This document shows, one piece after another, positions 35,392 through 47,536 of a stretch of 64,000 nt of DNA (within the stretch, counting starts at the first letter, position 1; every line of letters begins with the position of its first letter). The DNA is from Macrostomum lignano. Taxonomy: Eukaryota. The notes under the pieces were generated by a model, which had not been told where the DNA came from, ran no database searches, and worked only from the letters and a program-made list of their open reading frames with translations. The position numbers and the translations under genes are program-made. Location of the stretch: NCBI GenBank assembly GCA_002269645.1, contig NIVC01000075.1, forward strand, positions 124,001 to 188,000. Reading direction: 5' to 3'.

Positions 35392-36160
35392 CTGACAGCC
35401 CGTATTTCCGACACTTTATATCTCCGACACTCCATATCTCTGACAGCCCGTATCTCCGAAACTTTATATATCCGACACTTCATATCTCCGACACTACATA
35501 TCTCTGACAGCCCGTATCTCCGACACTTCAAATCTCTGACAGCCCGTATCTCCGACACTTTATATCTCCGACACTACATATCTCTGACAGCCCGTATCTC
35601 CGACACTCCATATCTCTGACAGCCCGTATCTCCGACACTCCTTTTCTCTGACAGCCCGTATCTCCGACACTTTATATCTCCGACACTACATATTTCTGAC
35701 AGCCCGTATCTCCGACACTTTATTTCTCCGACACTCCATATCTCTGACAGCCCGTATCTCCGACACTTTATTTCTCCGACACTCCATATCTCTGACAGCC
35801 CGTATCTCCGACACTCCTTTTCTCTGACAGCCCGTATCTCCGACACTACATATCTCTGACAGCCCGTATCTCCGACACTCCAAATCTCTGACAGCCCGTA
35901 TCTCCGACACTTTATATCTCCGACACTCCATATCTCCGACACTTTATATCTCCGACACTCCTTTTCTCTGACAGCCCGTATCTCCGACACTCCTTTTCTC
36001 TGACAGCCCGTATCTCCGACACTTCATATCTCCGACACTCCATATCTCTGACAGCCCGTATCTCCGACACTTCATATCTCCGACACTCTATATATCCGAC
36101 ACTTTATATCTTCGACACTTCATATCTCCGACACTCCATATCTTTGAAAGCCGTATCTCC
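35392..36160. repeat. Same 16-bp satellite, right part
   Basis: Continues CTGAC|AGCCCGT after the TSD. Confidence 0.97.
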
Positions 36161-36874
36161 GACACCTAACAAAACCTAACCGAACCCTAACGGAGATACA
36201 TTTATGAAGTTCGTTGCTAAGCTTGTCAGAGATATGAGGTGTCAGGTCTGAGGCGTCGGAGATACCAAGTGTCAGAGGTATGATGTGTCGGAGTTGTGAT
36301 GTGTCGGCTGCTAAACGAAGTGTCGGAGATACGAATGCGCGACCCGAGAAAGTCAGGGCCGTTGTGCACCCTGTGTGAGCGTGTGCCTGCGTACATGTCC
36401 GTGTGCATGTACAGGGCCAGGGGTATGGGCCCGACTGCTTGCCTCCTCGCTTGATTGGCGGCAATGCTTAAAACCCCCCGGCAAACTAAGCAATACCTTT
36501 CCATGAAAATACGGGCCGAATACATGCATAATTTTGACGGCACAATTGAATGCTGACTTGACACGCTGGCCAGCCCTTATAAAACACTTATAGGATGCAA
36601 CGCCTGCTTAAAATTGATGTCATCATTTGCCAAGTGGCAGAGCAAGAACAAACAGCATTAGAAATGCAAAAGCACATTTATTTGCATATCGACAGCCTAC
36701 TGTATGCGATTGGTACACAGATGCCCGGGACTGGGTGAGCATTCAAATGTGTTCGCAATAACCCGACACAGATGCTACTTTATTACGGGTTAAGATGCTC
36801 CAAAGCGGCCTGCACTGATCATATCATAATGAGAAGCAGTTCCAGGGAAAAAGATAAAAACAAGAACAGGTAGA

Positions 36875-37860
36875 GAAGGGAAGAATCGGGAGGAAAAGAG
36901 TGGGAAAAGTTAAGAGAAATGAGAAAGAGGAAGAGGAGAGAGAGAGAGAAGGGATATGGAAGGGAGATGGGGAGAGAGAGGATATAGAGGGGAGGAGAGA
37001 GGGGGAGAGAGGGTATAGGGGGGAGAGGGATACGGAGGATATAGAGGGGAGAGGGGGAGAGAGGATATAGAGGGGAGGAAAGGGGAAGAGAGAAAACAGA
37101 GGAAAGAGGGAGAGAGGATACAGAGGATACATAGGAGAGAGGGAGAGAGAATACAGAGGAGACAGGAAGAGAGGATACAGAGGAGAGAGGGAGAGAGAGG
37201 ATATAAAGGGGAGGAGAGAGGGAGAGAGAGGATATAAAGGGGAGGAGAGAGGGAGAGAGAATACAGAGGAGAGAGGAAGACAGGATACAGAGGAGAGAGG
37301 GAGAGAGATGATATAGAGGGGAGGAGAGAGGGAGAGAGAATACAGAGGAGAGAGGAAGAGAGAGGATATAGAGGGGAGGAGAGAGGAAGAGAGAGGATAT
37401 AAAGGGGAGGAGAGAGGGAGAGAGAATACAGAGGAGAGAGGAAGACAGGATACAGAGGAGAGAGGGAGAGAGATGATATAGAGGGGAGGAGAGAGGGAGA
37501 GAGAGGATACAGAGGAGAGAGGAAGAGAGGATATAGAGGGGAGGAGAGAGGGAGAGAGAGGATATAGAGGGGAGGAGAGAGGGAGAGAGATGATATAGAG
37601 GGGAGGAGAGAGGGAGAGAGAGGATACAGAGGAGAGAGGAAGAGAGGATATAGAGGGGAGGAGAGAGGGAGAGAGAGGATATAGAGGGGAGGAGAGAGGG
37701 AGAGGATATAGAGGGGACGAGAGAGGGAGAGAGATGATATACAGGGGAGAGGGGAAGAGAGGATATAGACTCTAGACGGGGGAGAGAGGGAGGAGAGAGG
37801 GCAAGAAGGGACGAAGATAAATAAATAGAACAAAGGAGAGAGGTGAGCAGAAGCAGGCGA
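36875..37860. repeat. Polypurine minisatellite (GAGAGGGAGAGAGAGGATATAGAGGG-like) just downstream of the RCL1 stop
   Basis: Low-complexity G/A tandem units. Confidence 0.92.
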
Positions 37861-37932
37861 GGAAGACAATAAAAGCAGGGAAAGCTGGAAGAAGCCGATG
37901 CTGTGGAAGCAGCAGACAAGACAGCCAGTACA

Positions 37933-38196
37933 CTATCGCACCAGTTTACTGAGATTGGCAAACCCAGAGCCAACGCAGGTGCACAGCACTTTGTCGCCGC
38001 CCAGTCCGTCGTCGCCAGCCGGTCGGGATTGCAATCGAAACGTGACGCCAAGAAACTGGCGCAACAGTCGCAGCAAGCGGACACTGTGCGGAGTCAATGG
38101 GCCAGTCAGTAATCTGCTGGCATCCCGATCGCACAGGGCCATCAAAGCCAAGGCCAGCGGTTGACTAATTGAGTCAACGCAGCCGCCGCGATAGAT
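37933..38196 (-). CDS. rcl1: RCL1, exon 3
   Basis: Acceptor ttttcag|ATC. IYRGGCVDS.SQ.LAL.LM.L..GPL...GDKVLCTCVGSGFANLSK then stop. Joined CDS is 1143 nt (380 aa). Confidence 0.93.
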   Translation of the reverse strand: MYRGGCVDSISQPLALALMALCDRDASRLLTGPLTPHSVRLLRLLRQFLGVTFRLQSRPAGDDGLGGDKVLCTCVGSGFANLSKLVR

Positions 38197-38489
38197 CTGA
38201 AAATTGTTTTTTTTGTATAATGAATCAAAAATTTGTGAAACTCTACTTAGAGTAAAAGTATAGGCAAAAATTGAAATCGAAAACTGAAACCATCCATACT
38301 TATGTCAATACATTTGTTAATTAAAAAGCGGAAAGGAGCGAGACTTTCAAAAGCTCATTATTTAGAGGACGGCATGTGTGATTTTTTTATACTACTGCTG
38401 CTACTGCTACTTCTGTAATCTACATATGCCAATCTCTAGAGCAAGTAATGCTCTATGCAACCGAATTGCAGATACTAATTGATTACACC

Positions 38490-38734
38490 AGCAGACGTGC
38501 AACCGACAGCTCAGCCGCAGCTATTGCGCGGCGCATTTGAAGGCTGCGTACGGCTGTTCAGTCCAGGGACTGGAGGGTCGCCACACAGCCTCAATTACCC
38601 CAGCTAATGCTGGCACCCAATCCCATTTTACAGCTGGGTGAACTGAAGCAATGCAGAGTTAAGGTTCCGAATATGTCGAGAATCGAACCCCCGACCTTTC
38701 AGTCGTGAGTCCGACGCTCTAACCACTAGGCTGC
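38490..38734 (-). mobile_element. tRNA-derived SINE with CORE-like central domain, in RCL1 intron 2
   Basis: GCCTAGTGGTTAGAGCGTCGGACTCACGACTGAAAGGTCGGGGGTTCGATTC (A and B boxes), followed by CCTTAACTCTGCATTGCTTCAGTTCACCCAGCTGTAAAATGGG, which resembles the MIR/CORE consensus ending CTGTAAAATGGG. Confidence 0.75.
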
Positions 38735-38794
38735 AGAGCTATATATGCAGTATATCCCTAGCAGGAAGCTGAGTTATTGCATCTCCTATTAGAC

Positions 38795-39118
38795 CTCTTC
38801 GCAGAGCAGCTGGGCGGCGGTCAGCCCGACATCCTCGGGCACGGAGGCCTCGGCGACGGCCACTCCGGACGGCCGGCTCATGCACTCGGCCACGTAGCGA
38901 CAGCCGTCGCGAGTCTCGGCCACCAGGGTGACGCCAAAGCCGGGCGACTGGCCGCCCCTGGCGCCGGTGCAGTGGTCCGCTGTGAGCAACACGTCTGGCA
39001 CCAATCGGCGAAGCAGCTCCTTGGCCGAGACAATCTGGCGGCCGTTCATGCCGGGCGAGACTTTGCAGGTGAAGGACATGCCGCGGATGCGATGGATCTT
39101 GCCCGGCTGCGTCAGGTC
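38795..39118 (-). CDS. rcl1: RCL1, exon 2
   Basis: Acceptor cttcag|GAC. DLTQPGKIHRIRG..SPGFGVTLVAET..PEDVG..LLCEE. Donor GAG|gtctaa is weak but required to join the conserved EE|IYRGG. Confidence 0.9.
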
Positions 39119-39717
39119 CTGAAGGGGGGGGAAGCAATTGAAAAATATCCAACTATCCCGATAAAAACGGTACCTAGGCCAGGAAGCGTCCCAGAGTCAC
39201 TTGCCAGATGTCACGGTACGCCAGAAGTCGCCAAAAAGTCGTCAAGAATTATTTTAAAGACTTTTATTATCTCCGACTCTGGGGTCGAAGAGTCGTATTC
39301 GAGACGTGCTAAGTTTATTACTTTACGAGCTTAGAGTCACAGAGTTGTTTTCAAAGCGCATTTGCATCGCTTGATGAATTTGAGCAGGGATCGGGCAAAC
39401 TTTTTCAGCTCAAGGCCAGATAGAGAACCTAGCGCATGACTGCGGGCCAGGGGACGGAAAAGAGAGGAGAAAAGAAGAGAAAAAAGAGAGGAGCGAAGAG
39501 GAGAATAGAGAGTAGATTCAACCAGGGAGCTGAGAAAAAAACCATGAGCTATTGGATTGCTATTGTGAAGTTTCAAAGTACAATGCAATTTTCAGATAGA
39601 AACGGTGACACGAGGCGAATAATTTAGACTGCATAAGAGGGATAGAACTTGATTAAGAACCCTACGAGTTAACATTTCTCTTTTTTTATGCTTAACTAAC
39701 ACTTCATTATCATTTTA

Positions 39718-40292
39718 AAGTGACCTTGAATGATATGGAGTGACTTTAAATGTCATGAAGTGACTTTGAATGATATGGAGTGACTTTGAATGATATGGAG
39801 TGACTTTGAATGATATGGAGTGACTTTGATTGATATGGAGTGACTTTGAATGTCCTGGAGTGACTTTGACTGATATGGAGTGACTTTGAATGTCATGGAG
39901 TGACTTTGAATATCATGGAGTGACTTTGAATGATATGGAGTGACTTTGAATGTCCTGGAGTGACTTTGACTGATATGGAGTGACTTTGAATGTCCTGGAG
40001 TGACTTTGAATGATATGGAGTGACTTTGAATGTCCTGGAGTGACTTTGAATGATATGGAGTGACTTTGAATGTCCTGGAGTGACTTTGAATGATATGGAG
40101 TGACTTTGAATGTCATGGAGTGACTTTGACTGATATGGAGTGACTTTGAATGTCCTGGAGTGACTTTGAATGATATGGAGTGACTTTAAATGTCAAGGAG
40201 TGACTTTGAATGTCCTGGAGTGACTTTGAATGTTCTGGAGTGACTTTGAATGATATGGAGTGACTTTGAATGTCATGGAGTGACTTTGAATG
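39718..40292. repeat. 20-bp minisatellite GAGTGACTTTGAATG(AT/TC)..G in RCL1 intron 1
   Basis: About 28 copies. Confidence 0.96.
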
Positions 40293-40367
40293 CCTTCAGA
40301 TCTACTTAGAATATAGTAGAAGCTTTGCGGCAACTTTAAAAGCCTTTTTATACTGCAGACCACTTAC

Positions 40368-40922
40368 CAACGGTTTGAGCTTGGACACGGTCGGGCACTG
40401 GAATCGAACTTCGGCCCCGCCAACCGGATGGCAACCACGCCGTTCGAGACTCAACTCGGAGCCCGAATCGCGGCCAAGAAATCGCCGCAGCAACGGTAGG
40501 CAAGAGTAACTAACAGCTTCAACGCTGGGATCCATAGAGTTGTTTGACACGCCAGTCAGTTTAACACTAAGCGACCGCTTGCCAAACGGGCCAAGCAGCA
40601 TGAGCGGCTCCAGATAGTAGCCAATGCCCCGCTCAGCACAGCAATCGAATTCGAACTCGCCGCCAGTAAGTATACCCGGCCTGACCAGCACAACAGTGCC
40701 TGTCTCGCTAATTCTAACCATAGTGCCATTGGTAATCTGCTCAATCAAGCGCAGATAGCTGATCTCGAATTCGCGCACGCCGGGATTCTCTAGCTTAGCT
40801 CGAATTGACGAGATTTTCACCGGCTTACCAGTGAGGATTGACAGGGCGATTCGGCTGCGAAATTCTGAACAGCCAACGAACTTTAATAGCTCAGCTGGGG
40901 CCGCGGCAGACGAATTCGACAT
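40368..40922 (-). CDS. rcl1: RNA 3'-terminal phosphate cyclase-like protein, exon 1
   Basis: FRSRIALSILTGKPVKI..IR...PG..EFE.S.LRL..ITNGT...GT...PG.L.GG...DC...RGIGYYLE matches the RCL1 N-terminus. Donor TTG|gtaagt. Confidence 0.95.
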
Positions 40923-41094
40923 CTCAGTGCGGCACCATGAAGCCGAGTAAGGGGAGCTTTTGACTATCTATGCGTGTACTGCAAAATTAATATATACAGC
41001 AACACAATATGATATTGTTTAAATGACTGCTGACAGACAGGCAGACAGACTCGAAAATATACATGTCCTACGATAGGCAATACCAGACGAAGAG

Positions 41095-41320
41095 AGAGAG
41101 ACAGACAGACAGACAGACAGGCAGGCAGACAGAGAGACAGACAGAGACAGACATACAGAGACAGACATACAGGCAGAGACAGACATACAGGCAGAGACAG
41201 ACATACAGGCAGACAGGCTGGCAGGCAGACAGACAGACAGATAGACAGGCAGGCTGGCAGACAGGCAATACATACATACATCATACATTCATACAGACAG
41301 ACATACAAACAGACACTGGG
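41095..41320. repeat. (GACA)n/(GGCA)n degenerate microsatellite
   Basis: Direct. Confidence 0.9.
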
Positions 41321-42399
41321 AAAGACAGACCACTAACAGACCCGAAAGGACACAATATGGTATTGGCAGACAGTGAGGGACAGAGAGAGACACTTAAAGA
41401 CGTTGAGACATGCAGACAGATACTAAAACGGACAGACAGACCTAAAAATACACTTAGAATACGCTAACAGACCCCAAGAGACACTAAAACACATGCAACC
41501 CAAGACACAAAGACAGACAGACAGAACACTATGAAAGACAGGTAGATACATATACAGACAAGCAGACACTAGGATAGACAGACAGACGGTCGGATACATT
41601 ACCACCACAAGACTCTATAAAAAGATAAAAATTACCATTAACTGGACAACCCCAGGCAGAAATAGAAATTCATTATCATAATAAGGAAGCTAAAAATAGA
41701 CAAGATTTCCGCAAATGCTTAAATAACCGCATTAATCAAGTGCGAAAGCTATTATATATTTTTCCATGGTATTGTATTACACTGCTACAGCACTGCTAGG
41801 CTTTAAAAAAGATATTAAAATTCATATATAATATATATATGCAGGTATACGCAAGAGTTTAATTACAGCAATAATTCAGCATTAACGCGCGCACGATTTA
41901 TAGCAAATCGAATAGATACGAGCTAGAGCTAGAGGATAAACTCCATCAGCATTGCTGGCAACAGAAGTTGCCGCTACTTTACAACAGATTTTTTGCGTTT
42001 CTTAGAAAAGCATCGAACACTGGTGCATGCAATAACCAAGGCAAAAGAGAAATTTGACGTTTGAAAAAACACACACATTCAGTCAAACAAACAGAAAAAA
42101 CGCTATCAAATACACACAGAAGCATTATAGAGAAAGAAAATTTAAGAAAAAACAAATATTTATAGTTGATAAACAAAAAACTAATATTAAACAAACACTC
42201 TTTCTTTTAAAATACACACAATTTTATACAAGGTTTTTAAGTTTTGCGCATGAGAACAAAAGTTTTAGAACCGATGTTTTTTTCAAAGTAAAGAAATTTA
42301 AATTAGGCTAAAAGTGCTAAAATTATTAAAAACATTAGAGTAAGTTTGCTGAGGTTTGATTGGATCGGGACGGTCAAGAAAGATCACATGAAGGACGGG

Positions 42400-42615
42400 T
42401 AGAGGTTAAAAGTGGGGTTGGTCAGGCCAGTGAAAGATACTGTACACCGAGGGAGGGTAGGGGTTAAAAGTGGGGTTGGTCAGGCCAGTGAAAGATACTG
42501 TACACCGAGGGAGGGTAGGGGTTAAAAGTGGGGTTGGTCAGGCCAGTGAGAGATACTGTACACTGAGGGAGGGTAGGGGTTAAAAGTGGGGTTGGTCGGG
42601 ACATTGAGAGATACT
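42400..42615. repeat. 58-bp G-rich tandem repeat, about 3.5 copies
   Basis: GGTTAAAAGTGGGGTTGGTCAGGCCAGTG recurs at a 58-bp interval. Confidence 0.9.
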
Positions 42616-43371
42616 GTACACTGAGGGAGTGGTAGGTGTTAAGAGGGGTAGAGGTTAAACAGGGGGTGGTCGGGGCTATTAAATGCCAGGTAAGGCCTTT
42701 AATTGGGGTCGATAATTTATAAGTGGATTTTTTAATTAGAAGCACATATCAAGCATGTAAAGCTGTTAACGCTCAAAGACAGGCATGGTGGATTTAAGGG
42801 CGCTTTTCTCAACCGAGGGGAACAAAATTAAGAACTATATAACGAGGCTGTGACTGCAATTAATCTCCCATACTAAGGACAACAATTGAAAGTTTACCGG
42901 AATCTATATAGCTATACAATAACTAATATATATAAAATTGAATAAATGTATAGTTTAATTACAAGATTAACGTTGGACTTTGGTTAAGTAAAATATAAAC
43001 CAGACAGGCGCTAAGAGTTGCATCAAAATACATTAAAAAAGAGGCCTTTCAATTGTTGAAATTTTAAATTACAAAATTATCATAGTAAAATGTAAGAAAT
43101 ATTTAAAGAACTATAGTCTAGAATATATGCGCTACAAAATTTACTTATTTAACTTATTGAACATAAAACAATAAAGTTATTGAACAGATGCAATATATCA
43201 ACTATAGAAATATTTTAAATACATTAACATACAAACTCGAAAACGCTAATGGCAATTTTTAGAGAAAGGTGGATTAAGGTGCAATTTTTTTCGATTTGTG
43301 ACACGTGATGTAGTAGGTGCTGCCATGAATAAATGTTGTACAGGATCAAGTGATGTACTACTGCGGAAGGT

Positions 43372-43848
43372 AATGCACTACTGGGACAGGTGATGCACTA
43401 ATGTGACAAGTGAGGCACTAATGGGACAGGTGATGCACTAATGGGACAGGATGCACTAATGGGACAGGTGATGCACTAATGAGACAGGTGATGCACTAAT
43501 GTGACAGTGACAGGTGATGCACTACTGGAACAGGTGATGCACTAATGGGACAGGTGATGCACTAATGAGACAGGTGATGCACTAATGGGACAGGAAATGC
43601 ACTAATGGGACAGGTGATGATGCACTAATGGGACAGGTGATGCACTAATGGGACAGGAAATGCACTAATGGGACAGGTGATGCACTAATGGGACAGGTGA
43701 TGCACTAATGGGACAGGTGATGCACTAATGGGACAGGTGATGCACTAATGGGACAGGTGATGATGCACTAATGGGACAGGTGATGCACTAATGGGACAGG
43801 TGATGCACTAATGGGACAGGAGATGCACTACTGAGACAGGTGATGCAC
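43372..43848. repeat. 20-bp minisatellite GATGCACTAATGGGACAGGT
   Basis: About 23 copies. Confidence 0.95.
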
Positions 43849-44518
43849 TTAAGTAGTGGGCACGTTAAAGATATTTGTTAACCCAAATCCGCGCATTAAA
43901 AAACCGGGTGACAAAATATGTATAACAAAAGCAGACGTTCAACCAGCAATTGTTCATACACTGAGATCGCTAATATGATACACTGCATTAATATTTATAT
44001 ACACACAAGTACATTACAGAGACGCGTATCTTTGCACACAGAATAGTCCATCGATTTTGGTAATTTGAAAGAAATTTTTCTGTTTTTAATATAAATATAT
44101 ATATAACACAAATATTATTAAATAAATGCGCACCATAATATGGTATTATCGCAACGCGAGGGAGTAGCCATCAGTGAATAGGCATAGATATAGGAATCTG
44201 CAACAGACTAACTAATATAAAAAACACTGCATGTCAACGGAACAGGGAAATTTTTAGATGGAAACAACTTCTTTGCTTTCTTAAAACATAAAAAGACGAA
44301 AAATCGCGAAAACAAAGAATCCAATAAAAATTTAGTCACAGATTGAAAAATAACCAGGTAAAAATATCAAGCTTCCGGCTGAATCGTTAGGACTCCCATT
44401 CGTCAGTGACAAGGTTGCTGGCTGAGGGAGGCTGCACAGGAGCTAGATTGCCGCCACTCCTGCAATAGTGAAGAATTGCTTTTCTTTTCAACTACTGTTA
44501 GTAGCCAAATACAGCATT

Positions 44519-44534
44519 TCACTGGATAAAGGAA
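44519..44534 (-). CDS. Tudor protein, possible terminal mini-exon (SSFIQ*)
   Basis: Acceptor tttgtattgcag|T gives a phase-consistent short end. The total model is 3645 nt (1214 aa). Not independently supported. Confidence 0.35.
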
Positions 44535-44589
44535 CTGCAATACAAAATAATATTTTACAATTGGCCCCAAGGACCTGAAGATTTGAGAG

Positions 44590-44972
44590 GCTGGCGCAGC
44601 AACTGAGGATCTGGGAGGTAAGGCCAGCAACTGAGGATCTGGGAGGCTGATCCAGCAACTGAGGATCTGGGAGGCTGGGCCAGCAACTGAGGATCTGGGA
44701 GGCTCGCCCAGCAATCGAGGATCTGGGAGGCTGGCCCAGCAACTGAGGATCTGGGAGGCTGGCCCAGCAATCGAGGATCTGGGAGGCTGGCCCAGCAATC
44801 GAGGATCTGGGAGGCTGGCCCAGAAATCGAGGATCTGGGAGGCTGGCCCAGAAATCGAGGATCTGGGAGGCTCGCCCAGCAATCGAGGATCTGGGAGGCT
44901 GGCCCAACAATCGAGGATCTGGGAGGCTGGCCCAGCAATCGAGGATCTGGGAGGCTGGCCCAGCAATCGGGG
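44590..44972. repeat. 28-bp minisatellite of the same family as 3803-4572, in reverse orientation on the + strand
   Basis: GAGGATCTGGGAGGCTGGCCCAGCAA is the reverse complement of the 3803 unit. Confidence 0.95.
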
Positions 44973-44983
44973 ATCTCACTCAC

Positions 44984-45220
44984 CTCTTAATATCGGAATT
45001 CGACGGTCTCCTGTCAGACCGGTTTTGTCCTCGGCCACTTTTAGGCCTGCCGCTCTTCTTGCCACCGCCGCCTCCTGTGCGCTGGCCGCGGCCCAAGGCC
45101 ATCTGGCATCGGCAGTGCGACGTCGGCAAACCGCAATTGCCACAGGAGTTTTGCTGCTGCTGTTGTTGTTGTTGTTGTTGTTGTTGTTGAGGCTGATGGG
45201 GCTTGTCAACTGGAGCCAAC
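44984..45220 (-). CDS. Tudor protein, poly-Q / CxxC / RG-rich exon
   Basis: acacag|G (phase 2). LAPVDKPHQPQQQ..NSCGNCGLPTSHCRC..GRGQ. Donor AG|gtgagt, or a stop at 44980-44982 if unspliced. Confidence 0.68.
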
Positions 45221-45262
45221 CTGTGTGTGATGAGTAGGTGCAGTGGTTTGAGACCAATAGAT

Positions 45263-45470
45263 CTAGGGTTCTGACATCTTGGAGCTAGGGTTCTGACACC
45301 CTGGAGCTAGGGTTCTGACATCTTGAGGCTAGGGTTCTGACAACTTGGAGCTAGGGTTCTGACATCTTGAGGCTAGGGTTCTGACACCCTGGAGCTAGGG
45401 TTCTGACATCTTGGAGCTAGGGTTCTGACACCCTGGAGCTAGTGTTGATAGCTTTTGGAGCTGGGGTTCT
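45263..45470. repeat. 22-bp minisatellite CTAGGGTTCTGACA(T/C)C(T/C)TGGAG
   Basis: About 9 copies in a Tudor-gene intron. Confidence 0.93.
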
Positions 45471-45555
45471 GATTGCAATGCGCCAGGGTGTCAAAAACTG
45501 CACCCGCATTTGTTTTCATGTTAAAACTTAAAAGCAGATATTTGCTTTCGCTCAC

Positions 45556-45738
45556 CCTTTAGCGGGTGGTAAGCGACCGCCGCCGGTGCCCATTAATCTG
45601 GGCGCAGTAGGGGCAGCAGCTCGGCCCAAAACGACGGACGGCACTCCAACGGCTCTCGATGGTCCTGAAACCCTGTTGCTGTTGCCGCCGCCATCGCCAG
45701 ATGCGGGCCGATCAATATTGCGCTGCTGTTTTCCACCG
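45556..45738 (-). CDS. Tudor protein, Gly/Arg-rich exon
   Basis: tttttag|C to GG|gtgagc, 183 nt, phase 2 to phase 2, open frame. Confidence 0.7.
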
Positions 45739-46217
45739 CTAAAAAGGAAGCAGCCAAACTTAGAGAGAGATAAGTTTGAGTTTAGAAGTGAGAAGCAATT
45801 TGTTTCTATTTAAGAAACACAAACACCTGTGCATTAAAGTTTAGAATGGTTGGTTCCATGGGTGACCTACATGTGACTAGTATATGACCTGCATGTAACT
45901 CGTATGTGACCTACACATAGCACGTATGTGACCTACACATAACACGCATGTGACTTACTCATAACTCGTCTGTGACCTACACGAACTCATGACCTACACA
46001 TAGCACGGATGTGACCAGTGACCCTCATGTGACTCCCATGGTGACTTTTACGTGACCGTGCTAGCTTTCAATTTACGTGATCTTAGACAATTCGATTTCC
46101 AATAATTAATCACGCATAACACTGGAAATCAAACTTAAAGGCACTCCAAACCCCTAGTTAAAGACTTGACTAAAAAGTGCTGTAGAAGTAAATCAAAGGA
46201 TTAAAGACCGCATTTAC

Positions 46218-46848
46218 CCGGAACGCTTAGTGCCAGGCCCTCTGTCGCCTCCGCCTCGAAAGCCGCCTCCACCGCCTCCGCCGCGTTCATCCCGGCGCGG
46301 TTGACGAAGTCCCGCTCCTCCTCCTCGACTGTCCCCAGTCATCGGCGACTGCTGACGCGGCTGCTGTCCAGTCGCCGGTTGAACTTGCCTCGTCGCAGCG
46401 TCTGCGGCGGCAGTAGTATCGGGACTAGTTGCCCGTTTCTGTAGGGTGTTCTTTAATACGTTATATTGCCAGCCATTGAATCGGCTGCTAGTAGCCGCAG
46501 GCGGAGCCGGACTGGCCAGCTTAGGAGTTGTCTGAGGCGACGCGCCGTCAGACGATCGCTCAGTCTTCTTCAGTGCCTCAGCAGCGGCGGCGGAGTCAGC
46601 TTTAGCTTTCTCATCGGCTGCCACCACGTCCTCCCAGTTGGCGCTGCAGCTGGTCCAGCGGCGTTCATCCCCCGATAAGGAATCGAAAGGCGACTCTTCG
46701 GCTTCGTGAAAATCTTCATCCGCTTCCTCCGCCTCCTGATCATCATAATGCCCGTCTCTTTCGTCTGGCTCGTCGCCGACATCGTATTCTTCGGCATCTT
46801 CTTCGGCATTGTGGCCGCATTCCTCCTCCTCTTCTTTCTCTTCTTCTT
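46218..46848 (-). CDS. Tudor protein, acidic and RGG-containing exon
   Basis: ttgcag|AA (phase 1). EEEEKEEEEECGH..DERRWTSCSANWEDVVAADEK..RGGGGGGGFRGGGDRG. Donor GG|gtaaat, phase 2. Confidence 0.78.
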
Positions 46849-46989
46849 CTGCAAAACAAGTTGATTTATGTGGAATTCTATACAGATCTTAGCACTATTT
46901 CACGGATAAAAAACTGTGGTTTGACTTCTAATAGCTCAGAAGATAACGGGTCTGACTGTCGCGCTATAGTACCCCAGGTTTGATCCCGT

Positions 46990-47380
46990 GAACCTTGGAT
47001 GCTTGTATTGTACACCATATGTGAGCGCGTGCCACCTCCAGGGAGGAATCCGTAGCGAGGAAATCTCATTTTGCCTCTCCCGTATTGAGAATGCGGAGCA
47101 CTTCATCTGTGAATGCCACGCCTTTACTCGGGATAGGCTCACCTACTGTACCTCGGCCTTCCCGACGTTTTAAGACCCGAGAATCTCTGCCAGCTCATCT
47201 GCTACCTAAGGACTACCGGGGAGAGCAACCATCCACCTCCTGGACTCTCCGGATGGCAGAATGGGCGTCAACGCCTCCCCGCTGTATCCGGATACCCGGA
47301 ACCCCCTGCAGCTGAGTCAAGTCAAATTCGAATGCGCGCTCAGGCCTCAGCGGAATGGGCAGGACTGCCAGTCTCCTACC
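46990..47380 (+). mobile_element. Degraded 3' fragment of a non-LTR retrotransposon (LINE), within a Tudor-gene intron
   Basis: C.SRIENAEHFICECHAFTRDRL resembles the C-terminal CCHC zinc finger (E..EH...EC.AF...R) of LINE ORF2. The frame is interrupted. Confidence 0.5.
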
Positions 47381-47536
47381 TAGCTGCGGTTCGACTGTCG
47401 CCCAGATCTACGACCAATACCTCTATGCTTAACAAAGTTTGTTTTCACTGTGAGATTTCACTGAGAGTTGTTCCGGTTCCAGTACCCAAATCCCGCACAA
47501 GAAGGCAATATTGCTTATTGGAATAAAAGTAATTAC

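Noticed and set aside
38680-38734. Functional tRNA gene
   Set aside because: The A and B boxes are present but the acceptor and anticodon stems do not pair well, and the sequence runs into a CORE-like body. It is a SINE head.
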